Virus record (IMG/VR): IMGVR_UViG_3300025133_000044
Coordinates: 39,524 to 103,523 of that record
Source of the DNA: a virus
Reading direction: 5' to 3' (one strand)
Length of the DNA stretch: 64,000 bases
In this document: positions 33,006-44,282 of the stretch, one piece after another
Layout of the letters: every line of letters starts with the position of its first letter
How positions within the stretch are numbered: the first letter of the stretch is position 1
Notes under the pieces: generated by a model
The model's input: the letters and a program-made list of their open reading frames with translations, nothing else
What the model was told of the DNA's origin: nothing
The model's database searches: none
Translations under genes and position numbers: made by a program

Positions 33006-33968
33006 TTAACCGATTTCACCAATTGACTTTAATAAATAATTAATAGAATTAATAAAGGTTGCCTCTTGTTTTCTTTGTAAAAAAATAGATTTCGGCATCT
33101 CGCCAACATCACGGTAGGGTGCAATATCAATTTTATAGACTTCAATGTCATACCTTAAAAGTAATTTGATGATTTCAAGTTCTTTCTTTACAGCATCGTC
33201 GTCCAAAGCAATATAAATTGGAGAGTCGTTATTGACAATTTCTTGAAAAAGTTTGTGTCCTTCTCTCAGTGTAGAGCCCAGCAGAGGTACCGCGTTGGGG
33301 CCGGACACTATAGCGTCAAACAAACCCTCAACCAAAATAAGATCTTCATCAAAGTCTAGATATAAATGATTAAAAATAATATTTTTAGATGCCGCTGGAT
33401 TTAAATATTTTTTCCATTCGCTAGGAGAATAGGATCTAGCAACAAAATAATTTATTTTACCGTTCAGATTAAAAGAAGGTATAATTATCCTACCACCGAA
33501 ATCGCCTTCAAAACAATATCCTATTTTCCATCTAATAATATCTGCTTTTGTTATGTCTCTGCTTTGTAGGTAATTCAAAGGATATAAAGCAGTAGATGGT
33601 AATTCCTTGTTGGCAAGAGAGATAAATTCTTTTGGCAATTTTAATTCTAATTCCTTCTTTTGTTCTTCTTTATTGAAGCTATTTAAAAGCTTATCAGCAA
33701 AATTCTCAATTTCAATCTGGCCGAAGTGTTTCTTCCACTCATTGCGATTTTGAAAGGAACTATATCTACGAATAATTCGATATATATCACGACCAGACCA
33801 GTCACAGACCCAACACTTAAATACATTTTTCTCAATATTGATTGATAGCTTGCGCTTATGATGTTCACAACGAGGACAATAAAAAAGGTATTCGGTATTA
33901 CTTTTGTAATAATCACCTAACGTATCTTTTAAAATTGTTACTTTTGTATTTCTTGACATTGTACCCAA
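33006..33968 (-). CDS. DNA primase (DnaG/gp61-like)
   Basis: Zn finger CPRC..H...CWVC; RIIIP; TOPRIM LVEGLFDA and LDDDA. The start may be 33959. Confidence 0.9.
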   Translation of the reverse strand: MGTMSRNTKVTILKDTLGDYYKSNTEYLFYCPRCEHHKRKLSINIEKNVFKCWVCDWSGRDIYRIIRRYSSFQNRNEWKKHFGQIEIENFADKLLNSFNKEEQKKELELKLPKEFISLANKELPSTALYPLNYLQSRDITKADIIRWKIGYCFEGDFGGRIIIPSFNLNGKINYFVARSYSPSEWKKYLNPAASKNIIFNHLYLDFDEDLILVEGLFDAIVSGPNAVPLLGSTLREGHKLFQEIVNNDSPIYIALDDDAVKKELEIIKLLLRYDIEVYKIDIAPYRDVGEMPKSIFLQRKQEATFINSINYLLKSIGEIG

Positions 33969-34471
33969 CCGGCTCTAGCAATAACCCAACTATCCGCCTT
34001 ATCGTAACATTGTGGCCTTGGATTTCCATGCTTAGTATATTCTATAAGAACATTTGGGACGTTGTCAACAACGTATTTTACGACAATTTCTTTTGCCTTT
34101 GAGCCTCTTGGTATTTGTATCCCACATTTTTTTCTTGCAGAAGTTGCGGCAATATATTCCGGTATTAAATTAAATATCGAATAACACAGCCATGAAACGA
34201 TGCCGTTAAAACGAGAGAGGATAGAAAGTGTCTTGGCCGACGAGAAGCCGCTCCGAAAACTCTGTAAGGATTGTTCTATGTAAACAGCGTCTATATGATA
34301 CCAGTCCTCTATCTCGTATATCCTATCTTTAATAAATTGTCCCTTGTCGAACAAAGAAGGAAAATACTTTTTATTACGCATATCCCAAGCAACGCAATAG
34401 ACAACATCACCCGCCTCATTTAAGACTGTTGCGCCAGTTATACTTGTACTAATATCTAAACCAAGAATCAT
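33938..34471 (-). CDS. RuvC-like Holliday junction resolvase
   Basis: ILGLDIS...TG, IEQ, D.AD acidic residues of the RNase H fold. Confidence 0.8.
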   Translation of the reverse strand: MILGLDISTSITGATVLNEAGDVVYCVAWDMRNKKYFPSLFDKGQFIKDRIYEIEDWYHIDAVYIEQSLQSFRSGFSSAKTLSILSRFNGIVSWLCYSIFNLIPEYIAATSARKKCGIQIPRGSKAKEIVVKYVVDNVPNVLIEYTKHGNPRPQCYDKADSWVIARAGWVQCQEIQK

Positions 34472-34477
34472 ATATAA

Positions 34478-34506
34478 ATTATACTATATATCTATCTTTA
34501 ATTTAA
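34478..34506 (-). promoter_or_regulatory. sigma70-type promoter giving a probable leaderless mRNA
   Basis: TTAAAT-17-TATAAT, then 6 nt, then the ATG at 34471; no SD. Confidence 0.55.
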
Positions 34507-35653
34507 ATGTGTAACTTCGTTCTTCTAACTTCTTAACCGGATTTGCCAGGCCGGCAATTGCAATTAAATTTTTGTCTTCGTCGTATAAAGCAACTTTAGA
34601 AATATAAGTTACAGGCTGATAGCTGGCTGAATAATTTTCGTAGTCATTAGCTACTATATTTTTAATATTTGTTTTATTCGGCTCAATATATAGTGCAGAA
34701 GACGTGGTCGGCGAAATAGAGGCTGTTAACAGATAAGTCACATTATTGGAAAAATTTAATTGATTTTCTTGAGCATGAGCAAACATGGTCAAAGTATTGA
34801 CGTAACTCGTACCTTTGAAATCAATAGCGTAACTAGAGGAAGGAGCTAGGGTGACAGAGCCAGTGACTCCAAAATAGTGCCAAGAAGCAGCAACGGGGTC
34901 TGGAACGGTGCCGTCAGGCTTAAGCGGCTCATATATCTCAGTATGATTGTCAAAATTTGTGCTAGATGTTAATATAATGAAGCCCTCATTATACATGACT
35001 ACGCCGACGGTGTCGCCTGTTAAGGAACCAGTCGTCTGAACCATCTCTCCGTTTCTTTTAGTGTCTGTTGCCTCAGCGACTAAAGATCCACTAACATAAT
35101 ATTTTAATGTTACCGTGCCCTTTTTTATTTTGGAACCATAAAAGATAGAAGGAATACTGATTATATTTAATTTTTGCTCCTCTTTGTTACCGTGAGCAGA
35201 AGAATAAGCATAATGCATACTCAATTTAGAATTAAAATTTAAATTGTTTCTAAGTGCATACAATACTTTTTTCTTTTCAGTAGTAAGTTCTGTATCGTAT
35301 CTGTCTATTGATATAGAAGCTGTTAGAGGATATGAGCCAGATATTACATCACCAAAAACAAAATCATGATTAAACTCGCTTGTTGAGATAGTCTTAAAAT
35401 TTGTAAAAGAACCCTCTTTTGTTATAAAAGGATATATTAGTTGATCTGTAGGTCGATGGACGTTTAATTCATATAAGTTTATACAACCATTAGGTGTATT
35501 TGAATTCATAACGTTCTGGTTTTCGTTATTATAGTATACAGAACCACTATAAATGAAAAACTCCACTTTAGGATGTGTCTTCATCCTATTGTGAAATATA
35601 TCATCTTTATCGAATTTAAAAAAGTTGCCGTATTGGGGCTTGTGAGAAGGCAT
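34484..35653 (-). CDS. Baseplate/tail structural protein (paralogue of 35664-36710)
   Basis: C-terminal YISKVALYDE..NLIAIA.LANPVKK...FKLKID. Confidence 0.7.
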   Translation of the reverse strand: MPSHKPQYGNFFKFDKDDIFHNRMKTHPKVEFFIYSGSVYYNNENQNVMNSNTPNGCINLYELNVHRPTDQLIYPFITKEGSFTNFKTISTSEFNHDFVFGDVISGSYPLTASISIDRYDTELTTEKKKVLYALRNNLNFNSKLSMHYAYSSAHGNKEEQKLNIISIPSIFYGSKIKKGTVTLKYYVSGSLVAEATDTKRNGEMVQTTGSLTGDTVGVVMYNEGFIILTSSTNFDNHTEIYEPLKPDGTVPDPVAASWHYFGVTGSVTLAPSSSYAIDFKGTSYVNTLTMFAHAQENQLNFSNNVTYLLTASISPTTSSALYIEPNKTNIKNIVANDYENYSASYQPVTYISKVALYDEDKNLIAIAGLANPVKKLEERSYTFKLKIDI

Positions 35654-35663
35654 AGGTTACTCC

Positions 35664-36710
35664 CTAGTAATCTAAGCGCACTCTCAAAGTAAGCTCCGTA
35701 TTCGGGTCTTTTCTAATTGGCTCAGACAATTTAGCGACGGCCAATAACTCGTTATCTGCTGAATATAACCCCACTGTCGTCAAATAAGATACCGGCAAAT
35801 CATTGACATTGTTCTTAACAACTAATTTGCTTTCAGAAACATAAGTTGGATTAGAACTATAATTAAATTCATTATGATTAATACGACAGAAATAAATTGT
35901 TGAGTTAAGCTCAATAGTATTATTGAAATCGATATCGTAAATACGATGTCTAAAACTGTCAGATATTTGTTCTATTGTAGAGCTAGTTAATGCAGCAGAC
36001 GTATAATCTCCGCTAGTAAATTGGGCTTCGCCCTGGTCGTTGAGGGCACCGCCCGTATTGGAGCCTGAAAATACGGAAGAAGTTAGAACAAGAATACCAG
36101 CCTGGTAAAATAACAGACCAACACTCTTGGTATTATCCGTTGCATCAGTTGACGCAGTAAATATTAAACCATAGTCTCCGGCTGGTGATGTTCTATATTC
36201 GTCTGCTGCATCATAGTCACCTAGAACTAGCATTGTATCTGGTGTTGCATATGTTCCGGAAGTGAGCAATCCAAATCTAAAAGAGTTCTTCTTGATTTCA
36301 TCTTTTGTAAGCAATCTAGAAAAATTCATAAAGAAACAATGGTCCATTGTACCCGCTGCATCGTCAATGGTACCGTCTGAATCGAATTTTCTAATCTGGC
36401 TGCTAGTAGTATAGCCCATCAACACTTGAGCCATTTGATTATAAATATTTAATTTTTTAGAATTTTGTACATTGGTCGAGGAGCTAGCGTTTGAACTACA
36501 ACCATAAGTCAAATCAAAAATATGATTTGCAGAAGAACTCAAAAAAGGATAATCATATACAGATTCGAACATACCATGTGAAAATGTTTTGATATTATTA
36601 TCTGCATAAGTTCCAGATGCGATTGTACCGGTAATTGGAATTGCCTCATGTAAAAGAGTTCTCGTATTAACCATGTCATCGTTTAATAATGTCTTAAATG
36701 TGCTTGCCAT
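35664..36710 (-). CDS. Baseplate/tail structural protein
   Basis: YFCR....EFNYSSNPT; YLTTVGLY...NELLAVAKLSEP..K......RVRLD. Confidence 0.7.
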   Translation of the reverse strand: MASTFKTLLNDDMVNTRTLLHEAIPITGTIASGTYADNNIKTFSHGMFESVYDYPFLSSSANHIFDLTYGCSSNASSSTNVQNSKKLNIYNQMAQVLMGYTTSSQIRKFDSDGTIDDAAGTMDHCFFMNFSRLLTKDEIKKNSFRFGLLTSGTYATPDTMLVLGDYDAADEYRTSPAGDYGLIFTASTDATDNTKSVGLLFYQAGILVLTSSVFSGSNTGGALNDQGEAQFTSGDYTSAALTSSTIEQISDSFRHRIYDIDFNNTIELNSTIYFCRINHNEFNYSSNPTYVSESKLVVKNNVNDLPVSYLTTVGLYSADNELLAVAKLSEPIRKDPNTELTLRVRLDY

Positions 36711-36713
36711 AAT

Positions 36714-37772
36714 TTATAACCCTATTTTAACATATCGGACCGGTATGTCCATCCGAATTCCAGTGTTTGCCCCGACAACTCTGACCGTTGTGTCAAGGTA
36801 GAATGTTGTTTTGCCCACTACTTCATCGCGCGTATCAGTAGTCTCAAACCCAAAAATGTTGTTAGAACCGAGGGTATCCTCAGAAGAACCCAGTTGTGTG
36901 AATAAATATGTAGAACTTTGTAATTCAGCCGAAGCATGTATTCTAAGTTGGAAAGTAGTTCCACGGGGACCAGCGAAAACCTGCGGACCGTTGGGGTGGT
37001 CGTCATCAACACCTTTTATATCAATGCTAGGGTTGTTTTTTACATAAGTAGAATCAGTTACATAGTATGAAGCGATATTATCATCATCTATAAAATTAAC
37101 AGGGGCGGGAGTCTGAGATATCGGCGGTTTTATTCTACCCAAACGATAATCCAGTTCAACAATATAAGCATTTTCAGTTAAATCTGCGTCTAGACCAACA
37201 ACTGGACTAATAGCATCTGTATCTAGACCTTGGTCAATTCGAATTTCTCCGCCGTGTGCGGTGGTGCCGGCTCCGCCGAAGCCCTGGATTACAGCGCTGG
37301 TACCCCAGACGGGGGTGCCGTCCTTGGTCTTCGTGAGTGCTTTAAATGTATCCGCGTCGACAGCGACAACAAATTTAGTGTCCTGCCACGTCGCGGTTTG
37401 GCCCGCGGCGCCGGCGAACATATAAGAACGGTGGCGCTGGATAGTATCGCTCGTGTCGCCGGCAGAAATTTTATTAAGTTTTAATACCGGCATATATAAA
37501 ACATTTGTTCGTGACATTGACATTAACTTCGTGTTCAAATTGGAAGTATTATTTGTAAACGCCTCTAAAATGGGTGTCTGCAAAATCGTCAAATCATAGT
37601 AAGCGCTTCCGCTAGTATGTGTTTTGTCATACAAACCATAATTTATTTCATCGTCACCCAAGGCGAATTTGCTAATTTTAAAGCTTCCATCTCCCTGAGC
37701 TAATCTCATTCTTCCAGTGTCAGTTAGAACCGCGTCTAAAATAATATCACCAGAGTTATCTAAAAAAGCCAT
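36714..37772 (-). CDS. Baseplate/tail structural protein
   Basis: IILDAVLT..GR..LA.G...F.I.KFALGDDEI.Y N-terminus; GAGGAG SD; late motif at 37793-37800. Confidence 0.7.
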   Translation of the reverse strand: MAFLDNSGDIILDAVLTDTGRMRLAQGDGSFKISKFALGDDEINYGLYDKTHTSGSAYYDLTILQTPILEAFTNNTSNLNTKLMSMSRTNVLYMPVLKLNKISAGDTSDTIQRHRSYMFAGAAGQTATWQDTKFVVAVDADTFKALTKTKDGTPVWGTSAVIQGFGGAGTTAHGGEIRIDQGLDTDAISPVVGLDADLTENAYIVELDYRLGRIKPPISQTPAPVNFIDDDNIASYYVTDSTYVKNNPSIDIKGVDDDHPNGPQVFAGPRGTTFQLRIHASAELQSSTYLFTQLGSSEDTLGSNNIFGFETTDTRDEVVGKTTFYLDTTVRVVGANTGIRMDIPVRYVKIGL

Positions 37773-37812
37773 ATTCTTGCTCCTCGTTATAATAAGTAGT
37801 TAACAACTTTAA

Positions 37813-40686
37813 TTATGTTTTAACAGTCTTTTTTTTCTTTTTAAAAGCTAAATTGACATCAAGCTTTTTACCTGTGCTTTTTGAAGTCATCCTAACTTTA
37901 AATCTTCTTTTTGTATTTTCGCTATAGCTAGTAAACATGTAATCCACACCTTTACTATCAGTAGTATACACCTGTTGCGGCGTTGGTTTAATATAAATAT
38001 ACTTTTGACACTCTTTTACATATTCTTTTAATTTGGGTTTCTTAAGTCCAACGACCCTTATCATGGGTTTTACTGCTCCATGCTCATCAATTAATTCTAC
38101 TTCAAAAATCGCTGATGGGTTTGATATATGATTATGGTTATCGATAGCTCTAAAAGTATAATAATATTTTGTATTGGGCAATATTTCTTCTTCATAGAAA
38201 TTTTTGTTAACTGTTTTGTAAAGTTCAAAATCAGTATATTTTTTTGGTTTAGTTTGTATTCTGAAAATTTCAAATTTCTTAATTGGATCATCCGATCCAA
38301 ATTCTACCTTACCATCTGGTGAGAATTGTGCATCTTTGATAAAGTTAAATTTTGCCTCGTCTTTTTCTTTATTAAGATAAATTGGAAAATCGCGATATCT
38401 ATCGACCATTCCATTAAATAAAATCTTGATTCTATTATTGACAGCCCTATAAGGAATTATATTAACATCTGGTGCAACAGGGGGCTTGTCCAGTATTCTA
38501 ACTTCTGGCGTTGAAAAAATTAAATCCTCCATCATAACGATATTTGGTTCAATTTTAACCCGCAATTGCGCGTTGTAAGTTTCTACACTGCCGCCATCCT
38601 TGACTCCGGTGCCGGCAAGAGGATTGCTACTTGCAAAAACGGGATCAGGTATAATGTTTATCTCTTCTATATTGCCAGGTTTATAATCTTCGGTCGGCTT
38701 CTGTTCATTACCAGCAGAATTAATCCAAATGTATCGATACAAACTACCAAATACAATTCTCTCTGCATAAACATTATATTTATAGACAGCATCGTCAGCA
38801 TATTTTACCTGTGTATCCACGTATTTAACGATATCTAAATCAGAAGTATTAGGAATAATAATATTTTGTAAATGTACAAAAGAACTTGTACCTTTGTGTT
38901 TTACTAATTTTTCTATCCTATAAAATATATCTTCCGTATAGGCTGGTTTTCCATTTATAATTTCTATATAATCTCTTCGGTGCGCTTTATATGTTTTAAT
39001 TATTTTATCTAATAAAATATTGCCAAATATGGTTTTAAAAATTGCATTGCACGTGCTTATGTCGCCCATTCCAGTAGATGTTTCGCTGTGTACATAAGAC
39101 AAAAAATTCTGTATATCGTCAAGATCGGAACCATCTTCCTCTGGGTATGTATAAAGTGAGTTATCGTCTATAAATTCTTTTAATACTCTAAAAATTTTTA
39201 AAACATCTTTTTTGCTACTTTTTATTTCATTTTGTGTTGCAAGCGGTGTTGCTAGTTCTGCTACAGATAACTGTGAATCTGCATTGATATCTTCATAAAC
39301 TTTTTCCTCGTAAAAGTCATGAAAAGATTGGCCCTTATACCAACCCAGGGCGCCTGGGCCAGAGCCGACAGAGTTACCAGCTAACGAACGAAATAAGTCT
39401 TCTTTTTTAAAAGTTGTTAGGTTTATTCTATGGGTGGAGTTTTCAGCTATTATATTAGATAAATATTTTGTCATAAGAGTGTTTTTTATTAAATCACCTA
39501 TTTCAGTCAATATTTGTGCTGTAAATTCTATTTCACCATAAAAAGGAAAATAATTTTTATATTTCTCAATTTTATCGATAAAATTTGTAACATCAGGACT
39601 AAAAGCAATATTTGTAAAAGTGGCTTCCAAAAGTGTCAACCCAAGTAACTCTAACCAAGTAACTGCGGGAGATACTTCCTCAGCCCACTCATCAAAGTAA
39701 TCTTCGTAAAAAGCAGTAACATCATCTCTTTTGTAATTTATATTTGTAAATTTTTGTATTGTTTCTTTATTAATTTTTCCGTAATAAGTGGTAAGTACAC
39801 TAAAGGGACGGCTGACTAGAGAAGGGCTCATATCGTTGGATCCAGAGAGCTCTTGATATATTTTATCTAAATCAAGTTCATCGTACATTATATCCAAAAA
39901 ACCGTATACAGAAGGAATCGAATTGTTAAAACCAACGGATTTTATCTTGTTCTCAAAACTCATATTTCTGCCGCCAGTACGAGAACTTGACCCAACTCTC
40001 TCATTATAAAATGTTCTTACATCTGCAAAAAAAGCTTTGCCCGATGGCTGTTTTGAGGCCAGTTCTTTTTTGGTAAAAGGCAAAAATGTTTCATGATATA
40101 AATCAGAAAATGTATGGTTCGGGTTGGATACGATTGGCTGTAGTATCACGCCGTCAGTATCATAAAGACCTGCTTTCATTAAAAACATCCACTTTTCTAG
40201 AGTCGGGGCACGTTCAGGATGTTCCACGTATTCACTTTGGTCCTTTGGTAAATCACAGGCTATAACAATCTTTTGTTCTGTTACCATATCACTCTGATAG
40301 GCGATAGGCGGGACGGCACCTCTTGGAAGTTTAGTAGAAGTATGCCCCACCGGGTCGCCTGATAAATCACTCGTGCTTTCAGGAGGAAAATTACACTCTA
40401 TATATAGCTCTTGGCCATACCAAATTTTCGGCTTCGGCGCCCAGGTATTTATTAGTTCTCCATCATTAGAAACAATCCAGCTCTTACCCAAAGCCATTCT
40501 TAAGATATCTTTACGAAGATCAGGGGAAGGGGCGTCGGGGCCCGTAGTGGTACCTTTCTCCAAAAATACTATTCTGCCTTTATCGTCTGGCAACGGAAAA
40601 GAATCGGCAGCCGCGGCAGATCTGCGCCCATAAGAAGCATGGTCTATCACTTTTTTCTTTTTTCCTACTAATTCAAAGTCAGCCAT
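37813..40686 (-). CDS. Large virion protein with FN3-like repeats
   Basis: YVDTQVKY....YKYNVYA and PNTKYYYTFRAID.....SNPS motifs. Confidence 0.65.
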   Translation of the reverse strand: MADFELVGKKKKVIDHASYGRRSAAAADSFPLPDDKGRIVFLEKGTTTGPDAPSPDLRKDILRMALGKSWIVSNDGELINTWAPKPKIWYGQELYIECNFPPESTSDLSGDPVGHTSTKLPRGAVPPIAYQSDMVTEQKIVIACDLPKDQSEYVEHPERAPTLEKWMFLMKAGLYDTDGVILQPIVSNPNHTFSDLYHETFLPFTKKELASKQPSGKAFFADVRTFYNERVGSSSRTGGRNMSFENKIKSVGFNNSIPSVYGFLDIMYDELDLDKIYQELSGSNDMSPSLVSRPFSVLTTYYGKINKETIQKFTNINYKRDDVTAFYEDYFDEWAEEVSPAVTWLELLGLTLLEATFTNIAFSPDVTNFIDKIEKYKNYFPFYGEIEFTAQILTEIGDLIKNTLMTKYLSNIIAENSTHRINLTTFKKEDLFRSLAGNSVGSGPGALGWYKGQSFHDFYEEKVYEDINADSQLSVAELATPLATQNEIKSSKKDVLKIFRVLKEFIDDNSLYTYPEEDGSDLDDIQNFLSYVHSETSTGMGDISTCNAIFKTIFGNILLDKIIKTYKAHRRDYIEIINGKPAYTEDIFYRIEKLVKHKGTSSFVHLQNIIIPNTSDLDIVKYVDTQVKYADDAVYKYNVYAERIVFGSLYRYIWINSAGNEQKPTEDYKPGNIEEINIIPDPVFASSNPLAGTGVKDGGSVETYNAQLRVKIEPNIVMMEDLIFSTPEVRILDKPPVAPDVNIIPYRAVNNRIKILFNGMVDRYRDFPIYLNKEKDEAKFNFIKDAQFSPDGKVEFGSDDPIKKFEIFRIQTKPKKYTDFELYKTVNKNFYEEEILPNTKYYYTFRAIDNHNHISNPSAIFEVELIDEHGAVKPMIRVVGLKKPKLKEYVKECQKYIYIKPTPQQVYTTDSKGVDYMFTSYSENTKRRFKVRMTSKSTGKKLDVNLAFKKKKKTVKT

Positions 40687-40722
40687 AATATTTGCTCTCT
40701 ATATTTATAAATAAACATGCCA

Positions 40723-43700
40723 TCAGTAACTGCCGCCAGACATGTCTCCGCCTCCAGCGTCAGAGCCTCCTGGGCCGGGGGTAACATCTTGAGAAACAAT
40801 AGAATCTGATGTATAGGATTCAGGAAGGACCCCCTTCGCTAAAGTTGTCCCTACTCCCTTTAGCTTTATATTAGCCTGCTGGATTAAGAAGCTGCTATTA
40901 GAAGAATCCGTGGTCGGTGCAGCCACAACGGATGACAACGTAATTATTTTTTCTGCTAAGGATTGTGGTGGAGCGGATAATGCAGCGCCATGGTGTATCA
41001 TAAAATATTCATCAGCTATTGGCATATCTAATCCACCAAGCAATTTAATATCGTAATATTTTATTCTACAAAATAATACATCAGATTCACCAAGCGATGT
41101 TATATGCGCCGGGTTGCACACTTGCCACAGATCTTTTAAAGGATGTCCAGCAGTGCCAGTGAAAACTTCAATACGAGCCGTCATATTAAAATTAAAAAAT
41201 TTAAAAGCATTAAATTTTTGATCTTTTGGATTTGAAAATAAAGTTTTTATGGCGCCAGAGGGTGATTTGTTCGCGTAAATGGTATCCCATTGATGAAGAC
41301 CCCATGTTTTAAAATTATTTGGCAGATCTATATTATAAGGTCCATAGCTGTAGACACCCGCCGGAACTTTTACGTATTTTTGATTTTTATTTGCAAGAAG
41401 TTCTTTAAGGTAGGTGAAAGTTAGGCCTAAAGCTTCTGAAAAGTTTTTCTTTTCCAAGGGGAATTCTAAACTATCATCTGTATCTTCTGATATTGGTTTT
41501 CGTGGATCAAAAAAACTATCGTGTTTTTTGATATCATGCAAAGTTATACTCATTTCTTCCAAAAGTTTTCTGCTGACACTCTCTCTTCTCAAAGACTTTT
41601 TTTCCTGTAAAGAAGGCTTGTCGGACAAAAGAATTGGTGGTGTTGCTAAATCAATATTTCTATTATTCTTTCTATCTGATTTATAATTTATTAAACTAAT
41701 CAACATACTATCATAATTTTGATAATTTGAATATCCAGGCGAAAGTAAAGCATCGCCAGAATAATATTTAGGTGTGCTAAATGTAGTATAAGCAGAATTG
41801 GTAAAAGATTCTTGTGTAAAATTAAATGTTTTATTCGTTTTTGCAGAATCAGATATTTTGATTGCGGATGGGGTCAAATACCCAAAAGCTTGATTTATTA
41901 AATTGCCATCTCCTGGTACAGGCGTGTTGAGATCTTCAAGGGACTTTCTCCCGAGGGAGAAAAATTTTGCAGTTTCAAGAAGAATTCTTCTTTGATAGTA
42001 CTCCGGAGTTATCCCCCTTAACCCAGAGCCAACAGAAGTAAAACCTGCTCCTACTGAAAGGTAATCTGCGTAGACACCTTCATGTATCGTTGCATCAAAA
42101 ATCTCTGTAACATTATCATATGAATGTTCTTCATATATTATATTTTTGCTTGTAGTAGCTTTATGCCCATAAGCTTCAATAGGCAGATATGATTGGTCGG
42201 ATCCTGAGCTTGTATTATTTAAATTATTACTATTTTTTTCTGTTTTTGTTGCACCAATTATGCTTTCAATTTTTGTTACCATTGTATCTAACATTTTTAT
42301 ACAAAAATCAATACCAGCTGGTGAACCGCTTGTAGGATTTAACATACTGACCATGTTGTTATACCAATCATTTAAATTTACGCCCCAGTTCATGGCTTCG
42401 TGTGGATCAGACGGGCGATCTACAAAGTACATATATGTTTTTAATAGCCATCGAGAGGCGCGGGTCCATATTGGTGTTGTATTTAATTTTGTAGCAAAAT
42501 TATATGTCGCGTCAACAAGAAATTCATCGTTAAAAGACTTATATGCGTCATCATAATAAGGTTTAAAATGAACTTTTGTAGCGCTCTCAGAAGAATAACT
42601 CATTTTATACGAAAAATCTTTATTAGTTTTTCTGCCAGATATCGCAAATTCATAATATTGTTCTATCTCAAGCTTAATTTTTTTCAATTCATTTAAAAGT
42701 TTATTGACAAAAGCAAAAGTTCCATCAATAAAACTTATCTCAACACGATAACGATATAAACCAGCATCATATGAACCGACTTCATAATCAGAAAATACAA
42801 AATATCTATTTACATAAGATTCGGCCCGGGGAGACAAGTTTGTTTCTTTAATAAATGTTTGACCAGCTTTATAACTCGCTCTTGATGTTTTGTAACCATT
42901 TACATCATACATTCTTCCAATTAATCGAGATGGTTCTTCGTATATTTTACCATTCATAAACTTTTTATATGGTTGAGTTAAATTAACCGGGAGGACGCGA
43001 TCGCGATATAATTTCATTTCAAGTATCTTAGACTCTTGTAAAATTTCTCTTAGCACCTCTCCTTCATCGCCTAGGCCAAATTGTTGGTAATCTGAACCCA
43101 AGATGGAGTACAGAGAAGAATTATTTTGTAATAAATTTTTAAAATTAATAAAAAACAAACCATGAGCATTATTTTTTTTATCCCTTGATAAATATAATTT
43201 TGAATATTCGTCATCATTATCAAAAATAAAATCTCTTTTCTTTTCTTTTTGAAAGGGGCTTAAAATACCATTGATAATTCCTTCCGCTTTTTTATAATTT
43301 GGACCAGCACCTACTATAGGATCTTCTTTACCACCCGGCATTATTATAGAAGAATCTCTGAAATCTGAAATTTTGGTATTTGGTACTTCCAAAAGTTGTA
43401 ACTTAGGCTGATCCGCTGCATATCTGTGTTCACTTCCAACCATCCATCCTTTATAGGCTCCAGGGCCTGGATTGTCTAGTCCATGATAGTGAGCAGATCC
43501 TTCCCAAAGAAGCCCTCCAGGGGCTATGAAGGCTTCTCTTGTTTTGGCTAAACTACCGCCTTCAAGTATAACTTCTGTGTTAACTGTTCCTTCTAAATTT
43601 AAACTTTGAATATATGGGTCACTGTCATATGAGCCCGGGCTGGGCGCCGGCTCCCACGTGGATGTATCTGGGAAAAGGGTTTTCAAATTCAAATAGCTGT

Positions 43701-44280
43701 AGAAAACGATCCCTAGATTATGTGTAGTTGTAGAAAAAGGAATCGAAAGTTCATATGGAATAACATAATACCATTTTCCATTTTTATATTCTTCTCTCAT
43801 TTTCCCAAAAGAGGAAACATCACTTTTTTTAAAATCACCTAGCAAAGAAGATGTCGAAATTTGAAGATTTCCTGAAAAAGCAGGAGTTGGAGAGAGGACC
43901 TCGTGATAACCCTTTTCAGGATATTTTCGTTTTATAACGTAAACATTGCCCGAATTCTTGTATTCTGGATCATTGCCAGGTTTTAATTTTTCAAGGTTAG
44001 AACTTTCTGTGATTACGTGATACTGGATATAAAGTGAATCTAAAATATTTTGAGGGCGCGCGTCTTCGCCGGGTTTGATCACGAAACCACCGGTTGACGC
44101 ACTAGTTAACCAACCTGCATTGTTTAATTTTTCCCTTTCCTCATATAGTTCCAGCAAGAGAGTTGCTTTAGACATGTTTTCTGGATCCGTTGAATGGTTT
44201 TCTAGTATTACTTTCTTACAATATATATGAGGTAGTAAATCACCGACGACCGTGTCCATTATGTTGCATTCATTTGCCAT
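40723..44280 (-). CDS. Large hypothetical virion protein
   Basis: 1185-aa ORF in the tail/baseplate operon; F.D......G.Y.YRVE..F.DG. Confidence 0.65.
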   Translation of the reverse strand: MANECNIMDTVVGDLLPHIYCKKVILENHSTDPENMSKATLLLELYEEREKLNNAGWLTSASTGGFVIKPGEDARPQNILDSLYIQYHVITESSNLEKLKPGNDPEYKNSGNVYVIKRKYPEKGYHEVLSPTPAFSGNLQISTSSLLGDFKKSDVSSFGKMREEYKNGKWYYVIPYELSIPFSTTTHNLGIVFYSYLNLKTLFPDTSTWEPAPSPGSYDSDPYIQSLNLEGTVNTEVILEGGSLAKTREAFIAPGGLLWEGSAHYHGLDNPGPGAYKGWMVGSEHRYAADQPKLQLLEVPNTKISDFRDSSIIMPGGKEDPIVGAGPNYKKAEGIINGILSPFQKEKKRDFIFDNDDEYSKLYLSRDKKNNAHGLFFINFKNLLQNNSSLYSILGSDYQQFGLGDEGEVLREILQESKILEMKLYRDRVLPVNLTQPYKKFMNGKIYEEPSRLIGRMYDVNGYKTSRASYKAGQTFIKETNLSPRAESYVNRYFVFSDYEVGSYDAGLYRYRVEISFIDGTFAFVNKLLNELKKIKLEIEQYYEFAISGRKTNKDFSYKMSYSSESATKVHFKPYYDDAYKSFNDEFLVDATYNFATKLNTTPIWTRASRWLLKTYMYFVDRPSDPHEAMNWGVNLNDWYNNMVSMLNPTSGSPAGIDFCIKMLDTMVTKIESIIGATKTEKNSNNLNNTSSGSDQSYLPIEAYGHKATTSKNIIYEEHSYDNVTEIFDATIHEGVYADYLSVGAGFTSVGSGLRGITPEYYQRRILLETAKFFSLGRKSLEDLNTPVPGDGNLINQAFGYLTPSAIKISDSAKTNKTFNFTQESFTNSAYTTFSTPKYYSGDALLSPGYSNYQNYDSMLISLINYKSDRKNNRNIDLATPPILLSDKPSLQEKKSLRRESVSRKLLEEMSITLHDIKKHDSFFDPRKPISEDTDDSLEFPLEKKNFSEALGLTFTYLKELLANKNQKYVKVPAGVYSYGPYNIDLPNNFKTWGLHQWDTIYANKSPSGAIKTLFSNPKDQKFNAFKFFNFNMTARIEVFTGTAGHPLKDLWQVCNPAHITSLGESDVLFCRIKYYDIKLLGGLDMPIADEYFMIHHGAALSAPPQSLAEKIITLSSVVAAPTTDSSNSSFLIQQANIKLKGVGTTLAKGVLPESYTSDSIVSQDVTPGPGGSDAGGGDMSGGSY

Positions 44281-44282
44281 AT

